A DNA stretch of 62,477 nucleotides. Origin: an uncultured Ilumatobacter sp. Lineage in GTDB: Bacteria > Actinomycetota > Acidimicrobiia > Acidimicrobiales > Ilumatobacteraceae. The notes under the pieces were generated by a model, which was given only the letters and a program-made list of their open reading frames with translations, had not been told where the DNA came from and ran no database searches. Shown in pieces: positions 36,872-47,793 of the stretch. Position numbers and translations under genes: made by a program. The stretch's first letter is position 1; each line of letters starts with the position of its first letter. The DNA lies in the NCBI GenBank assembly GCA_938044705.1, contig CALIOL010000028.1, positions 1 through 62,477 of the forward strand, read 5' to 3'.

Positions 36872-39448
36872 ATGCAAGGACCTCACGGGCGCAATGCCTC
36901 GGGCCTGACCGGCCGCGAGTCGATCGTCGACGAACTTGTCGATCTGTTTCGCGCGCCAGCGCCTCGATCGGTCGTATTGCGTGGGCCGGCTGGGATCGGC
37001 AAGTCGCACATCGCCCGTGCGGTCGCGGATCGGTTGGTGAGCGAGGCGGGCCGCGACGTTGCGGTGCGGCGATTGTTCGGTGGCGAGTCGCAGCAGTTCC
37101 TCGACTTCGGCGCGCTGCTTCATCTGCTGCCGCTCGACGCCCCGCCGGTGGCAGCCGAGTTCGAACTGATCCAGCGTTTGCGGAGTGCGCTCGTCGCAAG
37201 ATCGGTGCCGACAGTCGTCGTCATCGACGACGTCGGTCTCTTGGACCGCAATTCGGCAGCGGTTCTGGAAGGTGTGCTTCGAGCGGGGGACATCTCGGTG
37301 CTCGCCACCGAGCGAACTGCCGTTGACGGCGTGCGCTACGAGGACCATCACCTCACCGCCGCGCTCGCTGCGCACGGAGACTCCTTGGTGGTCGAGCCGC
37401 TTGCCGACGACGCGTTGGCAGCGCTGTTGGTCGAATGGGAGGGGCCCGGCGAGCTGGGTTCCATGCGGCGGCTCGCAGCAATGAGCGAAGGCAATCCGCT
37501 CGCGTTGAGTGAGTTGTTGCAGTCGGCGCGTTCTTCCGAGTCGATCGCGCACCGGCGTGGCCTGTGGCATCTCGAGGACTTCGCGCCCGGCGGCCAATCG
37601 CTCGAGCACTTGGTCGAGCTGCATTTGAAGCGACTGTCCGAGACCGAGTGGGACCTGTTGCGGACGATCGCGATCGCAGGCAGCGTTCCGCGCGTCGTCC
37701 CGATGCGTCTCGACGTCGACGCACTCGAGCGACTCGAACGTGCAGCGCTGGTGAGCGGGGATCCGACGCAGCTCGGTCATCCGTTGTACGCAGAGGTCAT
37801 TCGAAATCAGCTGAGCGGCGAGGAGACGAGGCGTTTGTATTCGAAGCTGTCGTCGGCCGTTTCTCCCGACGACGGCGTCGACCCGGCGCGGCTCGCCGAG
37901 TGGATGGTCGATGCCGGCACCGGCATCGACGATCGAACAGCTCGTGAGGGAGCGATCGTCGCCATCGGTCGCTGGGAGAACGTGCTCGCTCGACGCCTCA
38001 TCGAGTCGATCGTCGAACCGACCGTTGCGGATCTCGTTCAATTGATCTGGTCGTGTGCGAACGCCGGCGATCTCGAGGCGGCGACAACGATCGCCGACCG
38101 GGCGGTCGGGGCAGCGACCGCGGAGATCGAGCGGGTGAATGCGGAGCTGGCGCGAGCCGAACTGTGGTCGTTGCAACTCGGGCGAAGTGACGAAGCGTTC
38201 GAACACCTCGTTGCACTGAGAGACACGTTGACCCAAACCGACGAAATCGCTCGGGTCGACGGTGGCACCGCGTTGCTGATGCGGATGACGGGCAAGGGGA
38301 GCTTGGCGACGCCAGCCACGCATTCGGCGTTGGCGATCGAAGCCACCACCGATCCGGCGAGGTTGTCGGTCGCGATCGCGAACGCGTTCGGCGAAGTGTT
38401 TGCCGGGCGGTATCACGCTGCTGCGTCCTTCATCTCCGAGGGCTACGAACTCGCCGAGCTGCTGCAGCAACCGCACAACACGGTCCGGTTGGCGATCACC
38501 GACGTGTTGCGCAACATGTTCTCGGGCGAGATCGTCCGGGCCGACGAGATCGTCGAGAGTCGGTTGCAGGCGGCGGACATCTCACGGGTTCGACCGGCGC
38601 ACGCGGTCTGGCTCGGCATGAGCGCACAGTTGGCGAGTTTCCGAGGCGAGCACGGGCGAGCGGTGCTACGTGGTCGTGAAGCGTTTCGTGCGGCGGAGCA
38701 CGTCGACGACATCGGTGCAGGCGGGTTCGTTCGTGGCGAGTTGCGGGCGGCCCTGTTGGAGATCGGTGAACCGGTCGAGCCCCACCGCAACGAGTCGCCG
38801 CTCGGCCGCGCTCGCGCCGAGTTGCGCTTGGTCGACGATGAGCGCCTCGACGCCGCCGCCGCTGACCTCGTTCGCAAAACCGTCGATGCCGGGTATGTGC
38901 TGTGGGCGCCGATCGTCGGACTCGAAGCTGTGCGCCGCGTGGCGTCGCCAGAGTCGTCGGCGTTGGTCGCCGACCTGTGCGAGGCGCAGGACGGCCCCTT
39001 CGTCGAAGCGATCCGCGATTTCGCAGTGGGAAGTGCATCGGACGACGTCGAGTTGCTCGGGCGAACCGTCGAACAGCTGCAGCACATCGGCGTCCATGGG
39101 TTCGCGCTCGATGCGGTGTTGCGCGAGCTCGAAGCTGGCATTGCGACCGGAACCGATCGCACGGTGTTGCGCCGCCGTGCGATCGTTGCTCGCTCGATGC
39201 TCGAGCGAACGCAGCCGCACGTGCCGGTGCGCGCGGCCAGACGTTTGGAACGTGTGGCTGCCGAACTGGAGTTGCCGAGTGACCGTCAGCTCGAGATCGC
39301 TCAACTCGTCGCGGGCGGATTGTCGAGCAAAGAAGCGGCTGCCGAGTTGATCGTGTCGGTACGCACCGTCGACAACCACCTCGCGGCGGTGTATCGCAAC
39401 CTCGGCATCTCCGGGCGAACCGAGCTCGCAGCGCTCTTCGACCACTGA
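36872..39448 (+). CDS. LAL-type AAA + LuxR HTH regulator
   Basis: Walker A GPAGIGKS, Walker B VVVIDD, SEGNPLAL, and C-terminal SVRTVDNHL..VYR.LG. Confidence 0.9.
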   Translation: MQGPHGRNASGLTGRESIVDELVDLFRAPAPRSVVLRGPAGIGKSHIARAVADRLVSEAGRDVAVRRLFGGESQQFLDFGALLHLLPLDAPPVAAEFELIQRLRSALVARSVPTVVVIDDVGLLDRNSAAVLEGVLRAGDISVLATERTAVDGVRYEDHHLTAALAAHGDSLVVEPLADDALAALLVEWEGPGELGSMRRLAAMSEGNPLALSELLQSARSSESIAHRRGLWHLEDFAPGGQSLEHLVELHLKRLSETEWDLLRTIAIAGSVPRVVPMRLDVDALERLERAALVSGDPTQLGHPLYAEVIRNQLSGEETRRLYSKLSSAVSPDDGVDPARLAEWMVDAGTGIDDRTAREGAIVAIGRWENVLARRLIESIVEPTVADLVQLIWSCANAGDLEAATTIADRAVGAATAEIERVNAELARAELWSLQLGRSDEAFEHLVALRDTLTQTDEIARVDGGTALLMRMTGKGSLATPATHSALAIEATTDPARLSVAIANAFGEVFAGRYHAAASFISEGYELAELLQQPHNTVRLAITDVLRNMFSGEIVRADEIVESRLQAADISRVRPAHAVWLGMSAQLASFRGEHGRAVLRGREAFRAAEHVDDIGAGGFVRGELRAALLEIGEPVEPHRNESPLGRARAELRLVDDERLDAAAADLVRKTVDAGYVLWAPIVGLEAVRRVASPESSALVADLCEAQDGPFVEAIRDFAVGSASDDVELLGRTVEQLQHIGVHGFALDAVLRELEAGIATGTDRTVLRRRAIVARSMLERTQPHVPVRAARRLERVAAELELPSDRQLEIAQLVAGGLSSKEAAAELIVSVRTVDNHLAAVYRNLGISGRTELAALFDH

Positions 39449-39536
39449 GGCGGTCTTTCGGGCCCGGCACCAACAGTTGAAGTTTCTCGCCGCATCGACC
39501 GATGATGTTCTGTCCAAAGAGTGAATCGAGACGACG

Positions 39537-42254
39537 TTGTCCTATTTCTGCAGCTCATGCAATTTGCCTCGGCACCCACGCGATCTGGCGTGCCCGAGCT
39601 GTGGGACATCACACGCACCCACGACCCAGGCAGCGGCCGGATCGCCGCTGCCCCCACCGGAGATGTCCGCTACGGGGTCGGCCGTACTGAACTCGCCGCT
39701 CCCCGAGACACCTTCGCTGCCGAGTCCCGAGCCTCCTCCCGCTTACATGCAGCACCCCACAGGGAACGCGGCGCCCGAGGCGCAGTCTCCGCCGCGACCG
39801 CCGGAATCGCCGTGGGCGCCCGGCGCCGAACAGGATTTCGTCTCGCCGCCTCCGAGGGAGTTCGTGACGCCGCCTCCCGTTCAGCCTCCCGTCGGGGCCT
39901 GGACGACGCCGGTCGCTCCGCAGCCGCAGTCCGGCCAGCAACACCAACCGGCGACGCCGCACCCGCAATTCGCGCCGTATCTCCAATCTGGAGCAGTGCC
40001 GACGCTGCCAGGGCAGCCGCCCGTCGCTCCGCCGACCTTCGAACAGATCGCAGCAGCCAACGCCGCTGCTGAAGCGCCTGCGCCGAACAAGCGTGGCCGC
40101 AAGCTCGCGATTGCCGGCAGTGTCCTCGGGATCAGCGCCGCAGCACTCGTCGGCGTTGCCTTCGTGGCGGGTCGCGACGGCACCGCCGGGGGAGCGGACT
40201 CGCCCGAAGCCGCCGTGACCGACATGGCCGAGGCACTGAGTGCGGGCGACGCCCTCGCCGCCGTCGGCTACCTGGCCCCTGACGAGCTGTCCGGTGCGGA
40301 TGCGTTCGTCGAGAAACTCATCCCGTACCTCTCCGAGCTCAGCGATGACTTGACCGACGAAGATGACCGCGACGACGGCGATGGCTCGGACTTCGACGGA
40401 TTCGAACTGGAGATCGAAGCCGTCGACCTCGACGTCGACCTTCGAGGTGACCGCGCAGCGATCGTTTCGTTCGCCGTCGTCGGAGAAGTCGACGTCGACC
40501 CGAGCGGGGTCTCGGTGCTCGGCCAGCAGATGTTCGACGTGTCTGCCGACGACGAGTTCCCGATCGAGTTCGACTCACGAACCCAGGACGAGTACTTCAA
40601 TGGCAGCGACATCGAACTCATCACGGTCGAACTCGACGGGAAGTGGTACATCAGTCCCTTCCTGTCCGCGGGCCACGCTTGGGTGGAAGCAGAAGGTCTT
40701 CCGGGCGGCGAGTTCGATCTCGTCGGCGAAGAGCGCAGCGGTGCTGCGGCGACCCCGGTCGAGGCCGTCGAGCGCTACTACGATTACGACAGCCTCCAGC
40801 GTGCCAGCGACATCGCTGAAGTGCTCGGCGGCGGTGAAGGCCGCTTCTTCCACGTCTTCGGCGACGCACTCGACGGTTCCGGAACCTTCGGTGACGACAG
40901 CATCGGAGACCTCGACCAGGCGTTCGGAGGCGAGTTCGGCTTCGACTACACACTGACCGAACTCGACGACGGACGAGTCGAGGTCAACGACATCGAAGTG
41001 ACCTTCGAGGACAGCTACGGCGATGTCATCACCGCGACGCTGAGCGATGGATGCGCATCGATGGACGTCTACGGCGAGGTGGTCTCGGGTTGCTTCGACG
41101 AGCTGTTCCCGTCCGGCACCGAGGTGGACGATACCCTCTGGTTCCAAACGGTGGAAGAAGACGGTGGCCACCGAGTCGTCGTCCTCCCGACGATGTTCGA
41201 CGTCATGTCTCGATTCGTCGGTCCCTATGACGCCGACACGATCCGCTGGGTGTTCGACATCGCTCACGAAGACGATCCGCAGGCGGCAGCCGTTGGCGCA
41301 CAAATCGACATCGATTTCGACGGCCGTCGCTACGTCGTCTACGAGTACGAACTCGAAACCGCCGGCCTGTACAGCGTGGAACTGACCGGCGACAACGACT
41401 ACGAGGTGTTCACCAGCTACGGCGACGAGGATCGATTCTCCAAGGCGTGGCTCTGGGACGGACGGATCGAGGCGTACGAACCGTCGACCGTTCGTCTCGT
41501 CGTCGACTCCGATGTGGCCGACAACTGCCGCGGGTTCGAGTGTGTCCCCAGCGGCGACGGCACGACGTCGCTGACGCTCGCCCTGGACGACGGGTGGGAT
41601 TCCGGGACGTGGGACGACGAGACCGTCGGAGACGACGACTGGGCCGTCGACGAGAACTTCGAGCCACTCGACCCACGAACCTCCAACGCTTTGGTGTGGG
41701 AGACGATCGACATTGCAGGGCCGACGGTCTTCACCGTCGACCTGCCCGCCGGGTCGTTCGATGCCGGCACGTCGACGTGGACGGGTGACGACATCTCCGT
41801 GGTGATGGATGGCGTCGAGTGCGCCACCCCGAGCGATTACGTCAACTGCTCGTTCGAGCACGCCGGGGGTCCGATCGATTTCGTGATCAGGTTCGTCGAC
41901 GAGGACGTCGTGGACTCGGTGGACTTCTACGTCTACGCCAGCCAGCTGGATGATCTCGCCGTAGTCGACTCGGCCACCATCAACCTCGATGGTGCTGCAA
42001 CCGACACACGTCGCGAGGTCACCTTCGACGAGGTACCGGTCGGGAGCATTCTTGTCGTGGCAGTCGGGGCAGAGGGCCAAGACGTCGTGCTGCATGTTGC
42101 CGACCAACTCCGCTGTCAAGACGTCGACACCGGCTTCGAAGAGGGCGAGGTGTGCCTGATCGACCATGTCGGCGGCCCACTCACCGTGGAAGTCGGTGGC
42201 TGGTCGGACTTCAACCAGTACGGCGACGTGCTCATCACATTGGAATCGAACTAG
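39537..42254 (+). CDS. zinc ribbon + Pro-rich + TM + large acidic ectodomain (paralog of 22380-24545)
   Basis: CSSC..CPSCG, TM, GGADSPEAAV, ITVELDGKWY.SP; TTG start. Confidence 0.83.
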   Translation: MSYFCSSCNLPRHPRDLACPSCGTSHAPTTQAAAGSPLPPPEMSATGSAVLNSPLPETPSLPSPEPPPAYMQHPTGNAAPEAQSPPRPPESPWAPGAEQDFVSPPPREFVTPPPVQPPVGAWTTPVAPQPQSGQQHQPATPHPQFAPYLQSGAVPTLPGQPPVAPPTFEQIAAANAAAEAPAPNKRGRKLAIAGSVLGISAAALVGVAFVAGRDGTAGGADSPEAAVTDMAEALSAGDALAAVGYLAPDELSGADAFVEKLIPYLSELSDDLTDEDDRDDGDGSDFDGFELEIEAVDLDVDLRGDRAAIVSFAVVGEVDVDPSGVSVLGQQMFDVSADDEFPIEFDSRTQDEYFNGSDIELITVELDGKWYISPFLSAGHAWVEAEGLPGGEFDLVGEERSGAAATPVEAVERYYDYDSLQRASDIAEVLGGGEGRFFHVFGDALDGSGTFGDDSIGDLDQAFGGEFGFDYTLTELDDGRVEVNDIEVTFEDSYGDVITATLSDGCASMDVYGEVVSGCFDELFPSGTEVDDTLWFQTVEEDGGHRVVVLPTMFDVMSRFVGPYDADTIRWVFDIAHEDDPQAAAVGAQIDIDFDGRRYVVYEYELETAGLYSVELTGDNDYEVFTSYGDEDRFSKAWLWDGRIEAYEPSTVRLVVDSDVADNCRGFECVPSGDGTTSLTLALDDGWDSGTWDDETVGDDDWAVDENFEPLDPRTSNALVWETIDIAGPTVFTVDLPAGSFDAGTSTWTGDDISVVMDGVECATPSDYVNCSFEHAGGPIDFVIRFVDEDVVDSVDFYVYASQLDDLAVVDSATINLDGAATDTRREVTFDEVPVGSILVVAVGAEGQDVVLHVADQLRCQDVDTGFEEGEVCLIDHVGGPLTVEVGGWSDFNQYGDVLITLESN

Positions 42255-42709
42255 TCGCGACGCGGCCAAACGAGCTGACGAACGCTCGCCAGGACCGCTA
42301 TCACGCACGCCAGCACGACGACGATCGGGCCGAATGCCCACCGGCTCAGGGGAAACCAGCCCGCGACCGCGGCGAACACCATCGCAAGCGCGATGGCGAG
42401 GCCCGCAGCAAGGCGGGTCGCTGCCACCACGCGCCCGGCGAAGCCGCTCGATGCGAGCAGCAGTCCGCCGAGGGCCACCAGCAGATACATCCCGGCGGCC
42501 ACCCAGACGCCTCCGTCGGGCACGAGGGCGCCATTGCGTAAGGAGTCTGCGAGTTGCTGCCCGTTGAGCGTCGAGCCGATCCCCTCGGAGATCCACCTCA
42601 GTCGCGCCGTCGCCAGCACAGCCAGCCCCGCCAGTGCCAGCACCACCACTTCCGCGACGACAGGAGTGCGAGACGGCCCAGGATCGGGGTTGCGGCGTGG
42701 GTTCTCCAT
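42251..42709 (-). CDS. small 4-TM membrane protein (paralog of 21926-22375)
   Basis: LADSLRNG..P..GVWVAA; its stop shares CTAG with the convergent gene. Confidence 0.75.
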   Translation of the reverse strand: MENPRRNPDPGPSRTPVVAEVVVLALAGLAVLATARLRWISEGIGSTLNGQQLADSLRNGALVPDGGVWVAAGMYLLVALGGLLLASSGFAGRVVAATRLAAGLAIALAMVFAAVAGWFPLSRWAFGPIVVVLACVIAVLASVRQLVWPRRD

Positions 42710-42880
42710 CTCCGCGTGTGAGGTTAGGACACCTCCCGTGTCGGGCGCGACACGACGGCCGTGCGTCTGGAGGACGCCAGCGCGCCCTCGAAGTGCGAAC
42801 AGCAACGTGACATGCGGCGGAAATCGTCGTGTGAAGAGTTTGGGAAGGATTTCACGAGCCCTGGTATCTTCGGGTCCCGT

Positions 42881-43246
42881 ATGTCGGACTTCCTTCGCGA
42901 CTATCTGAACGTCGTCTGGTTCTCAGTGGCAGCCCTCGCCATCGGTGGGCTGTTGCTCGGGCTTGCTGCTGCCATTCGCCCCACCTTCCCGTCGGCGGAG
43001 AAATACATCGCCTACGAATCAGGTGTCGACCCCGTCGGCATGGGCTGGTCCCAGAGCCAGATCCGCTACTACGTGTTCGCGTTGCTCTTCGTCATCTTCG
43101 ACGTCGAAGCCGTGTTCCTGTTCCCGTGGGCAGCATCCGCCGAGCGCTACGGCACGTTCGGCTTGGTCGTGATGCTCATCTTCATCGTGCTGTTGCTCGA
43201 TGGTCTGTTCTACGCATGGAAGCGAGGGCTCCTCCGATGGGTCTGA
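42881..43246 (+). CDS. nuoA: NADH-quinone oxidoreductase subunit A
   Basis: YESGVDP and [10 protein letters not shown] motifs. Confidence 0.95.
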   Translation: MSDFLRDYLNVVWFSVAALAIGGLLLGLAAAIRPTFPSAEKYIAYESGVDPVGMGWSQSQIRYYVFALLFVIFDVEAVFLFPWAASAERYGTFGLVVMLIFIVLLLDGLFYAWKRGLLRWV

Positions 43247-43881
43247 TCGACAAAGGGCGCATGCCAGCGCCACTCACCAAGCTGTTCAACATCAGCCGCT
43301 CGTACAGCCTGTGGGTGTACCAGTGGGGCCTCGCCTGCTGTGCGATCGAGATGGGCGCAGCATTCGCGTCACCGCGCTACGACGTGATGCGCCTCGGCGT
43401 CATCCCGCTCCCGGCCAGCCCGCGCCAAGCGGACTTCGTGTGCGTGTCGGGCACGGTGACCGACAAGATGGCCCCGGCGGTCAAGCGCCTCTGGGAGCAG
43501 ATGCCGGAGCCGAAGTACGCCATCTCCATGGGGTCGTGTGCCAACTGCGGCGGGCCGTACTGGGATTCGTACTCGGTCACGAAGGGCATCGACCAGATCA
43601 TTCCGATCGACGTGTACGTGCCTGGATGCCCACCGCGGCCTGAAGCGCTGCTCGAAGGCATCGTGCTGCTCCAGCAGCGCATCAAGAACGAGGACATGCA
43701 GGCCAAGTGGCAGGGCGACCCGTTCACGACGCTGCAGGCGACCCGGGCGGCCGAGCGAGGCGAGTTGAGCGCAGGCGATTCCACCGGCGAGACCACGCAC
43801 GACATCTCGACCGATCCGCAACCGATCCCCGAGAGGAACCGACCCGAGCCGATCGTGGTTGGCGGTGGCCCCATTGAGTGA
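43237..43881 (+). CDS. nuoB: NADH-quinone oxidoreductase subunit B
   Basis: [19 protein letters not shown] and VPGCPPRPE motifs. Confidence 0.96.
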   Translation: MGLIDKGRMPAPLTKLFNISRSYSLWVYQWGLACCAIEMGAAFASPRYDVMRLGVIPLPASPRQADFVCVSGTVTDKMAPAVKRLWEQMPEPKYAISMGSCANCGGPYWDSYSVTKGIDQIIPIDVYVPGCPPRPEALLEGIVLLQQRIKNEDMQAKWQGDPFTTLQATRAAERGELSAGDSTGETTHDISTDPQPIPERNRPEPIVVGGGPIE

Positions 43882-44536
43882 CACCGACACGACCTCTGGC
43901 GAATCGGACGCGCCTCAAGCGCTGCCCGGTGACGGCCTCCGCGAAGGGATCATCGACGACCTGCGTCAACGCATCGGCGATGCGCTGATCGAGACGCACA
44001 TCGTCCCGAATGACGATCTCACCGTTCGCGTCTCGAACGAGTCGTGGGCGGCGACCGGCGCGGCGCTCAAAGCAGCCGGCTTCACGTTCTTTTCCTGGCT
44101 CTCCGGTATCGATTGGATGCCGTCGCCCTACGGAACGGGTGAAGAAGACCCGACCGCCGAGCGAGATGCGATCGACATGACCATCAAGCAGGGTGTCTGC
44201 GGCGGCGACACGCGCATGCAAGTGCTCGCTCGCCTGACCGACCTGAATCGTCACGTGGGCATCACGCTCAAAGCTGATGTCGACGACGAGAACCCGGTGA
44301 TCGATTCCTGGACGGGCTCGTTCGCCGGCGCCAATTGGCACGAGCGGGAATGCCACGAGATGTTCGGCATCGGATTCAACAACCATCCGGACCTGCGCAA
44401 CATGTACCTGCCCGGCGACTTCGAGGGCTACCCGCTGCGCAAGGATTTCCCGTTGCTGGCTCGCATGGTGAAGCCGTGGCCTGGCATCGTCGACGTCGAA
44501 CCGATGCCGGTCCAAGAAGAGGAAGACGAATCATGA
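43874..44536 (+). CDS. nuoC: NADH-quinone oxidoreductase subunit C
   Basis: ANWHERE..EMFG, HPDLR and GYPLRKDFP motifs; start approximate. Confidence 0.93.
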   Translation: MSDTDTTSGESDAPQALPGDGLREGIIDDLRQRIGDALIETHIVPNDDLTVRVSNESWAATGAALKAAGFTFFSWLSGIDWMPSPYGTGEEDPTAERDAIDMTIKQGVCGGDTRMQVLARLTDLNRHVGITLKADVDDENPVIDSWTGSFAGANWHERECHEMFGIGFNNHPDLRNMYLPGDFEGYPLRKDFPLLARMVKPWPGIVDVEPMPVQEEEDES

Positions 44537-45705
44537 CGATGATGTCTGATCGACAGCAGCTGTCGTACATCGCCTCGCAGGCCGCAGACGCGCGTCTGAA
44601 CGTCGAACTCGAGACCGAGGGCATGACCCTCAACATCGGCCCACAGCACCCTGCCACCCACGGCACGCTGAGGATCATCGCCCGCCTCGACGGCGAACAG
44701 GTCATCTGGGCCGAGCCGGTGGCGGGGTACATGCACCGCGGCTACGAAAAGCTCACCGAGGTTCGCACGTTCCCACAGGTCACGACGCTGATCAACCGCA
44801 TCGACTGGCTCGGCAGCTTCGCCAACGAAGTGCCGTTCATCCTCGCCGCCGAGAAGCTGATGGAGATCGAAGCACCGCCGCGTGCCCAGGTCATCCGCAC
44901 GATTCTGTTCGAGTTGAGTCGCATCGCGAACGTGTCGCTGTTCCTCGGCGACCTCGGCGTGCAGATGGGCGCCGTCACCCCGGTCTTTCTCGCATTCCGC
45001 GACCGCGAGTACGTGCTGAACCTGATCGAAGGCGCCACGGGCGGCCGGTTCCACCCGAACTTCGACCGCATCGGCGGTCTCAAGGACGACCTGCCGAAGG
45101 GCTGGATCGACGAGACCAAGCAGGTCATGAAGAAGTTGATCGGCTTCTGCGACGAGAACGAGAATCTGCTCTTCGGTAACGAGATCTTCCAGAGCCGGAT
45201 GCGTGGCATCGGTGTGATCCCCGCCGACATCGCCAAGGAGTACGGCCTGTCCGGCGCCAACCTGCGCGCCAGCGGCGTCGACTACGACCTGCGCCGCGAC
45301 CAGGACATCGCGCTGTCGTACGACCTGGCCGACTGGAAGGTGTGGACGCACCCCGACGGTGACTCCTGGGCGCGTTGCTGGATTCGCCTGCAAGAGACGC
45401 GCGAGTCCTGCAAGATCGTGCTGCAGCTCCTCGACCAGATTCCTGCCGGACCGATCATGACCAAGGTGCCGCGCATCATCAAGGTGCCCGAGGGCGAAGC
45501 GTACGTCTCCACCGAGAACCCGCTGGGTGAGATGGGCTACTACGTGGCGTCGAAGGGCGGTCTCGGCCCATTCCGCGTGAAGATCCGCTCGGCGAGCTTC
45601 TCGAACATGTCGATCACCCCGTGGGTGCTCAAGGGCGTCTACGTTCCCGACATCGTCACCATTCTCGCCTCGCTCTACTTCATTCTCGGAGACATTGATC
45701 GCTGA
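44533..45705 (+). CDS. nuoD: NADH-quinone oxidoreductase subunit D
   Basis: NIGPQHPATHG, GYMHRGYEK and terminal GDIDR. Confidence 0.96.
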   Translation: MTMMSDRQQLSYIASQAADARLNVELETEGMTLNIGPQHPATHGTLRIIARLDGEQVIWAEPVAGYMHRGYEKLTEVRTFPQVTTLINRIDWLGSFANEVPFILAAEKLMEIEAPPRAQVIRTILFELSRIANVSLFLGDLGVQMGAVTPVFLAFRDREYVLNLIEGATGGRFHPNFDRIGGLKDDLPKGWIDETKQVMKKLIGFCDENENLLFGNEIFQSRMRGIGVIPADIAKEYGLSGANLRASGVDYDLRRDQDIALSYDLADWKVWTHPDGDSWARCWIRLQETRESCKIVLQLLDQIPAGPIMTKVPRIIKVPEGEAYVSTENPLGEMGYYVASKGGLGPFRVKIRSASFSNMSITPWVLKGVYVPDIVTILASLYFILGDIDR

Positions 45706-46757
45706 TGCATCAACTCGCTGTTGAGATCCCCTACTGGGGGCAGTCGATCTTCCGCGTCCTCGGCGGACTCGTCGCGGTGCTGCTCCCTGCAGGCGGCATC
45801 GTCTACCTGTTCCTGTTCAAGATGATGTCGTTCATGCAGTCGCGCCTCGGCCCGATGGAAGCTGGTCCGTTCGGTTCCATGCAGCTCCTCGCCGAAGTAG
45901 GTAAGTGGCTCCAGAAAGAAGACATCCAGCCCGACAACGCCGACAAGACCATCTTCAAGATGGCGCCGGTCGTCGTGCTGCTGTCCACGTTCCTGCTGAT
46001 CGTCGTGGTGCCGTTCGGACCTGACGCATTCTTTGCCGACCTCGACGCCGGAGTCTTCTATTTCCTGGCGGTCGGTTCGGTCAGCGTGCTCGGCATCTTG
46101 ATGGCCGGTTGGTCGAGCGCCAACAAGTACTCGCTCCTCGGCGGCCTGCGCGCTGCTGGTCAGCTGATCGCCTATGAGTTGCCGATGGTGCTCGCCACGC
46201 TCGGTGTGGTGATCCAGGCCGGCTCGATGAACCTGAACCGCATCGTCGAGGTGCAGAACACCGGTGAGATCTTCGGGATCGGAATCCTCGGCAACCCGTT
46301 CATCCTGACGCAGGGTGTGGGCTTCTTGATCTTCATGATCGCCGTGCAGGCCGAACTCACACAGCCGCCGTTCGACATGCCGATCGCCGAATCCGAACTG
46401 GTCTCGGGGTACATGACCGAGTACTCCGGCTTCCGGTTCCTCATGTTCTTCATCGCCGAGTTCGCAACCGCCGGCGTGTTCGCCTTCATCGCGTCGGTGC
46501 TGTTCCTCGGTGGTTGGGGTGTGCCGTTCACATGGTTCGGTTGGGAGAATCTGGACGACGTCGCCTGGTGGATGAACGTGGTTGGCCCGCTGATCATGTT
46601 CACCAAGATGATGGGTCTCGTGCTGATCATCATGTGGGTCCGCTTCAGCTCTCCTCGTTTCCGTGAAGATCAGCTGCAGACCTTCGCCTGGAAGTTCCTC
46701 ATTCCGCTGTCGCTGGCGAACATCGCCGTGACCGCGATCCTGAAAGTGGTGTTCTGA
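45705..46757 (+). CDS. nuoH: NADH-quinone oxidoreductase subunit H
   Basis: MQSRLGP, NKYSLLGGLR and PFD..AESELV.GY.TEYSG motifs. Confidence 0.96.
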   Translation: MHQLAVEIPYWGQSIFRVLGGLVAVLLPAGGIVYLFLFKMMSFMQSRLGPMEAGPFGSMQLLAEVGKWLQKEDIQPDNADKTIFKMAPVVVLLSTFLLIVVVPFGPDAFFADLDAGVFYFLAVGSVSVLGILMAGWSSANKYSLLGGLRAAGQLIAYELPMVLATLGVVIQAGSMNLNRIVEVQNTGEIFGIGILGNPFILTQGVGFLIFMIAVQAELTQPPFDMPIAESELVSGYMTEYSGFRFLMFFIAEFATAGVFAFIASVLFLGGWGVPFTWFGWENLDDVAWWMNVVGPLIMFTKMMGLVLIIMWVRFSSPRFREDQLQTFAWKFLIPLSLANIAVTAILKVVF

Positions 46758-47236
46758 TGCCGAAAATTCCCGGGATGTTCAAGGGCCTCGGTATCACGAT
46801 GGGGACCCTCGGGCGAACCCTCAAGGACGGCCACGACGTCACGCAGTACCCGCATGAGAAGGAAGCGCCTCCCGTTCGCGCTCGTGGCGTCATCGCGTTG
46901 CATGAAGACAACTGCACGGCCTGCATGCTGTGCTCGCGCAGCTGCCCGGATTGGTGCATCTACATCGAAGGCCACAAGCAGCTCGCACCGCCGCGCCGCG
47001 CCGGTGGTAAGCCGCGCCAGGTCAACCATCTCGACCGCTTCGACATCGACTATGCGCTGTGCATGTACTGCGGCATCTGCGTCGAGGTGTGTCCCTTCGA
47101 CGCGCTGTTCTGGAGCCCGGAGTACGAGTACTCGGAGCCGAAGATCGCCGACCTCTTGCACGACAAGTCGAAGCTGGGCGAATGGATGGAGACCGTTCCT
47201 GAGGCGCCGGAACTCGAAGCGGGAGCGGGTAAGTGA
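46757..47236 (+). CDS. nuoI: NADH-quinone oxidoreductase subunit I
   Basis: Two CxxCxxCxxxCP motifs. Confidence 0.95.
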   Translation: MPKIPGMFKGLGITMGTLGRTLKDGHDVTQYPHEKEAPPVRARGVIALHEDNCTACMLCSRSCPDWCIYIEGHKQLAPPRRAGGKPRQVNHLDRFDIDYALCMYCGICVEVCPFDALFWSPEYEYSEPKIADLLHDKSKLGEWMETVPEAPELEAGAGK

Positions 47237-47787
47237 CTGCGTTCTCTCTGCTCGCCCAGTCGGTCTCGGACGGCAACGTCAACGTCGCGCAGAACATCGG
47301 CTTCGGGCTGATCGCTGCGGTGATGATCTTCGCCGCGCTCTGCGTCGTGACGACCAAGAACGTCGTCCATGCCGCACTTTGGCTCGTGATCGTGCTCGGT
47401 GGCGTTGCCGCTCAGTACATCCTCGCCGCGGCGGAGTTCGTCGCCGTATCGCAGGTGATGGTCTACATCGGCGCCGTGATGGTGCTCTTCTTGTTCGGCA
47501 TCATGCTGACGCGTGCACAGATCGGCGCAGAGGATGGGCTCAACAACACGGGATGGCAGATCGGGATCCCGGTCGCTGTCGTGTTGTTCGGCTTGCTCGC
47601 CTTCGTCGTGCTCGATGCCTTCGGTGACGACACGCTCGCTGAAGCTCCGCTCACCGGGGACAACAACGAGGCCACCGTCGACATTGCCGACCGGGTCTTG
47701 TTCCAGTACCTCGCGCCGTTCTTCGGCATGACGTTCGTCCTGCTCGCCGCCGCCATCGGCGCCATCGTCCTGGCTCGGAAAGACTGA
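47233..47787 (+). CDS. nuoJ: NADH-quinone oxidoreductase subunit J
   Basis: AEFVA..QV.VY.GAV.VLFLF.IML motif. Confidence 0.93.
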   Translation: MTAFSLLAQSVSDGNVNVAQNIGFGLIAAVMIFAALCVVTTKNVVHAALWLVIVLGGVAAQYILAAAEFVAVSQVMVYIGAVMVLFLFGIMLTRAQIGAEDGLNNTGWQIGIPVAVVLFGLLAFVVLDAFGDDTLAEAPLTGDNNEATVDIADRVLFQYLAPFFGMTFVLLAAAIGAIVLARKD

Positions 47788-47793
47788 TCGCTG

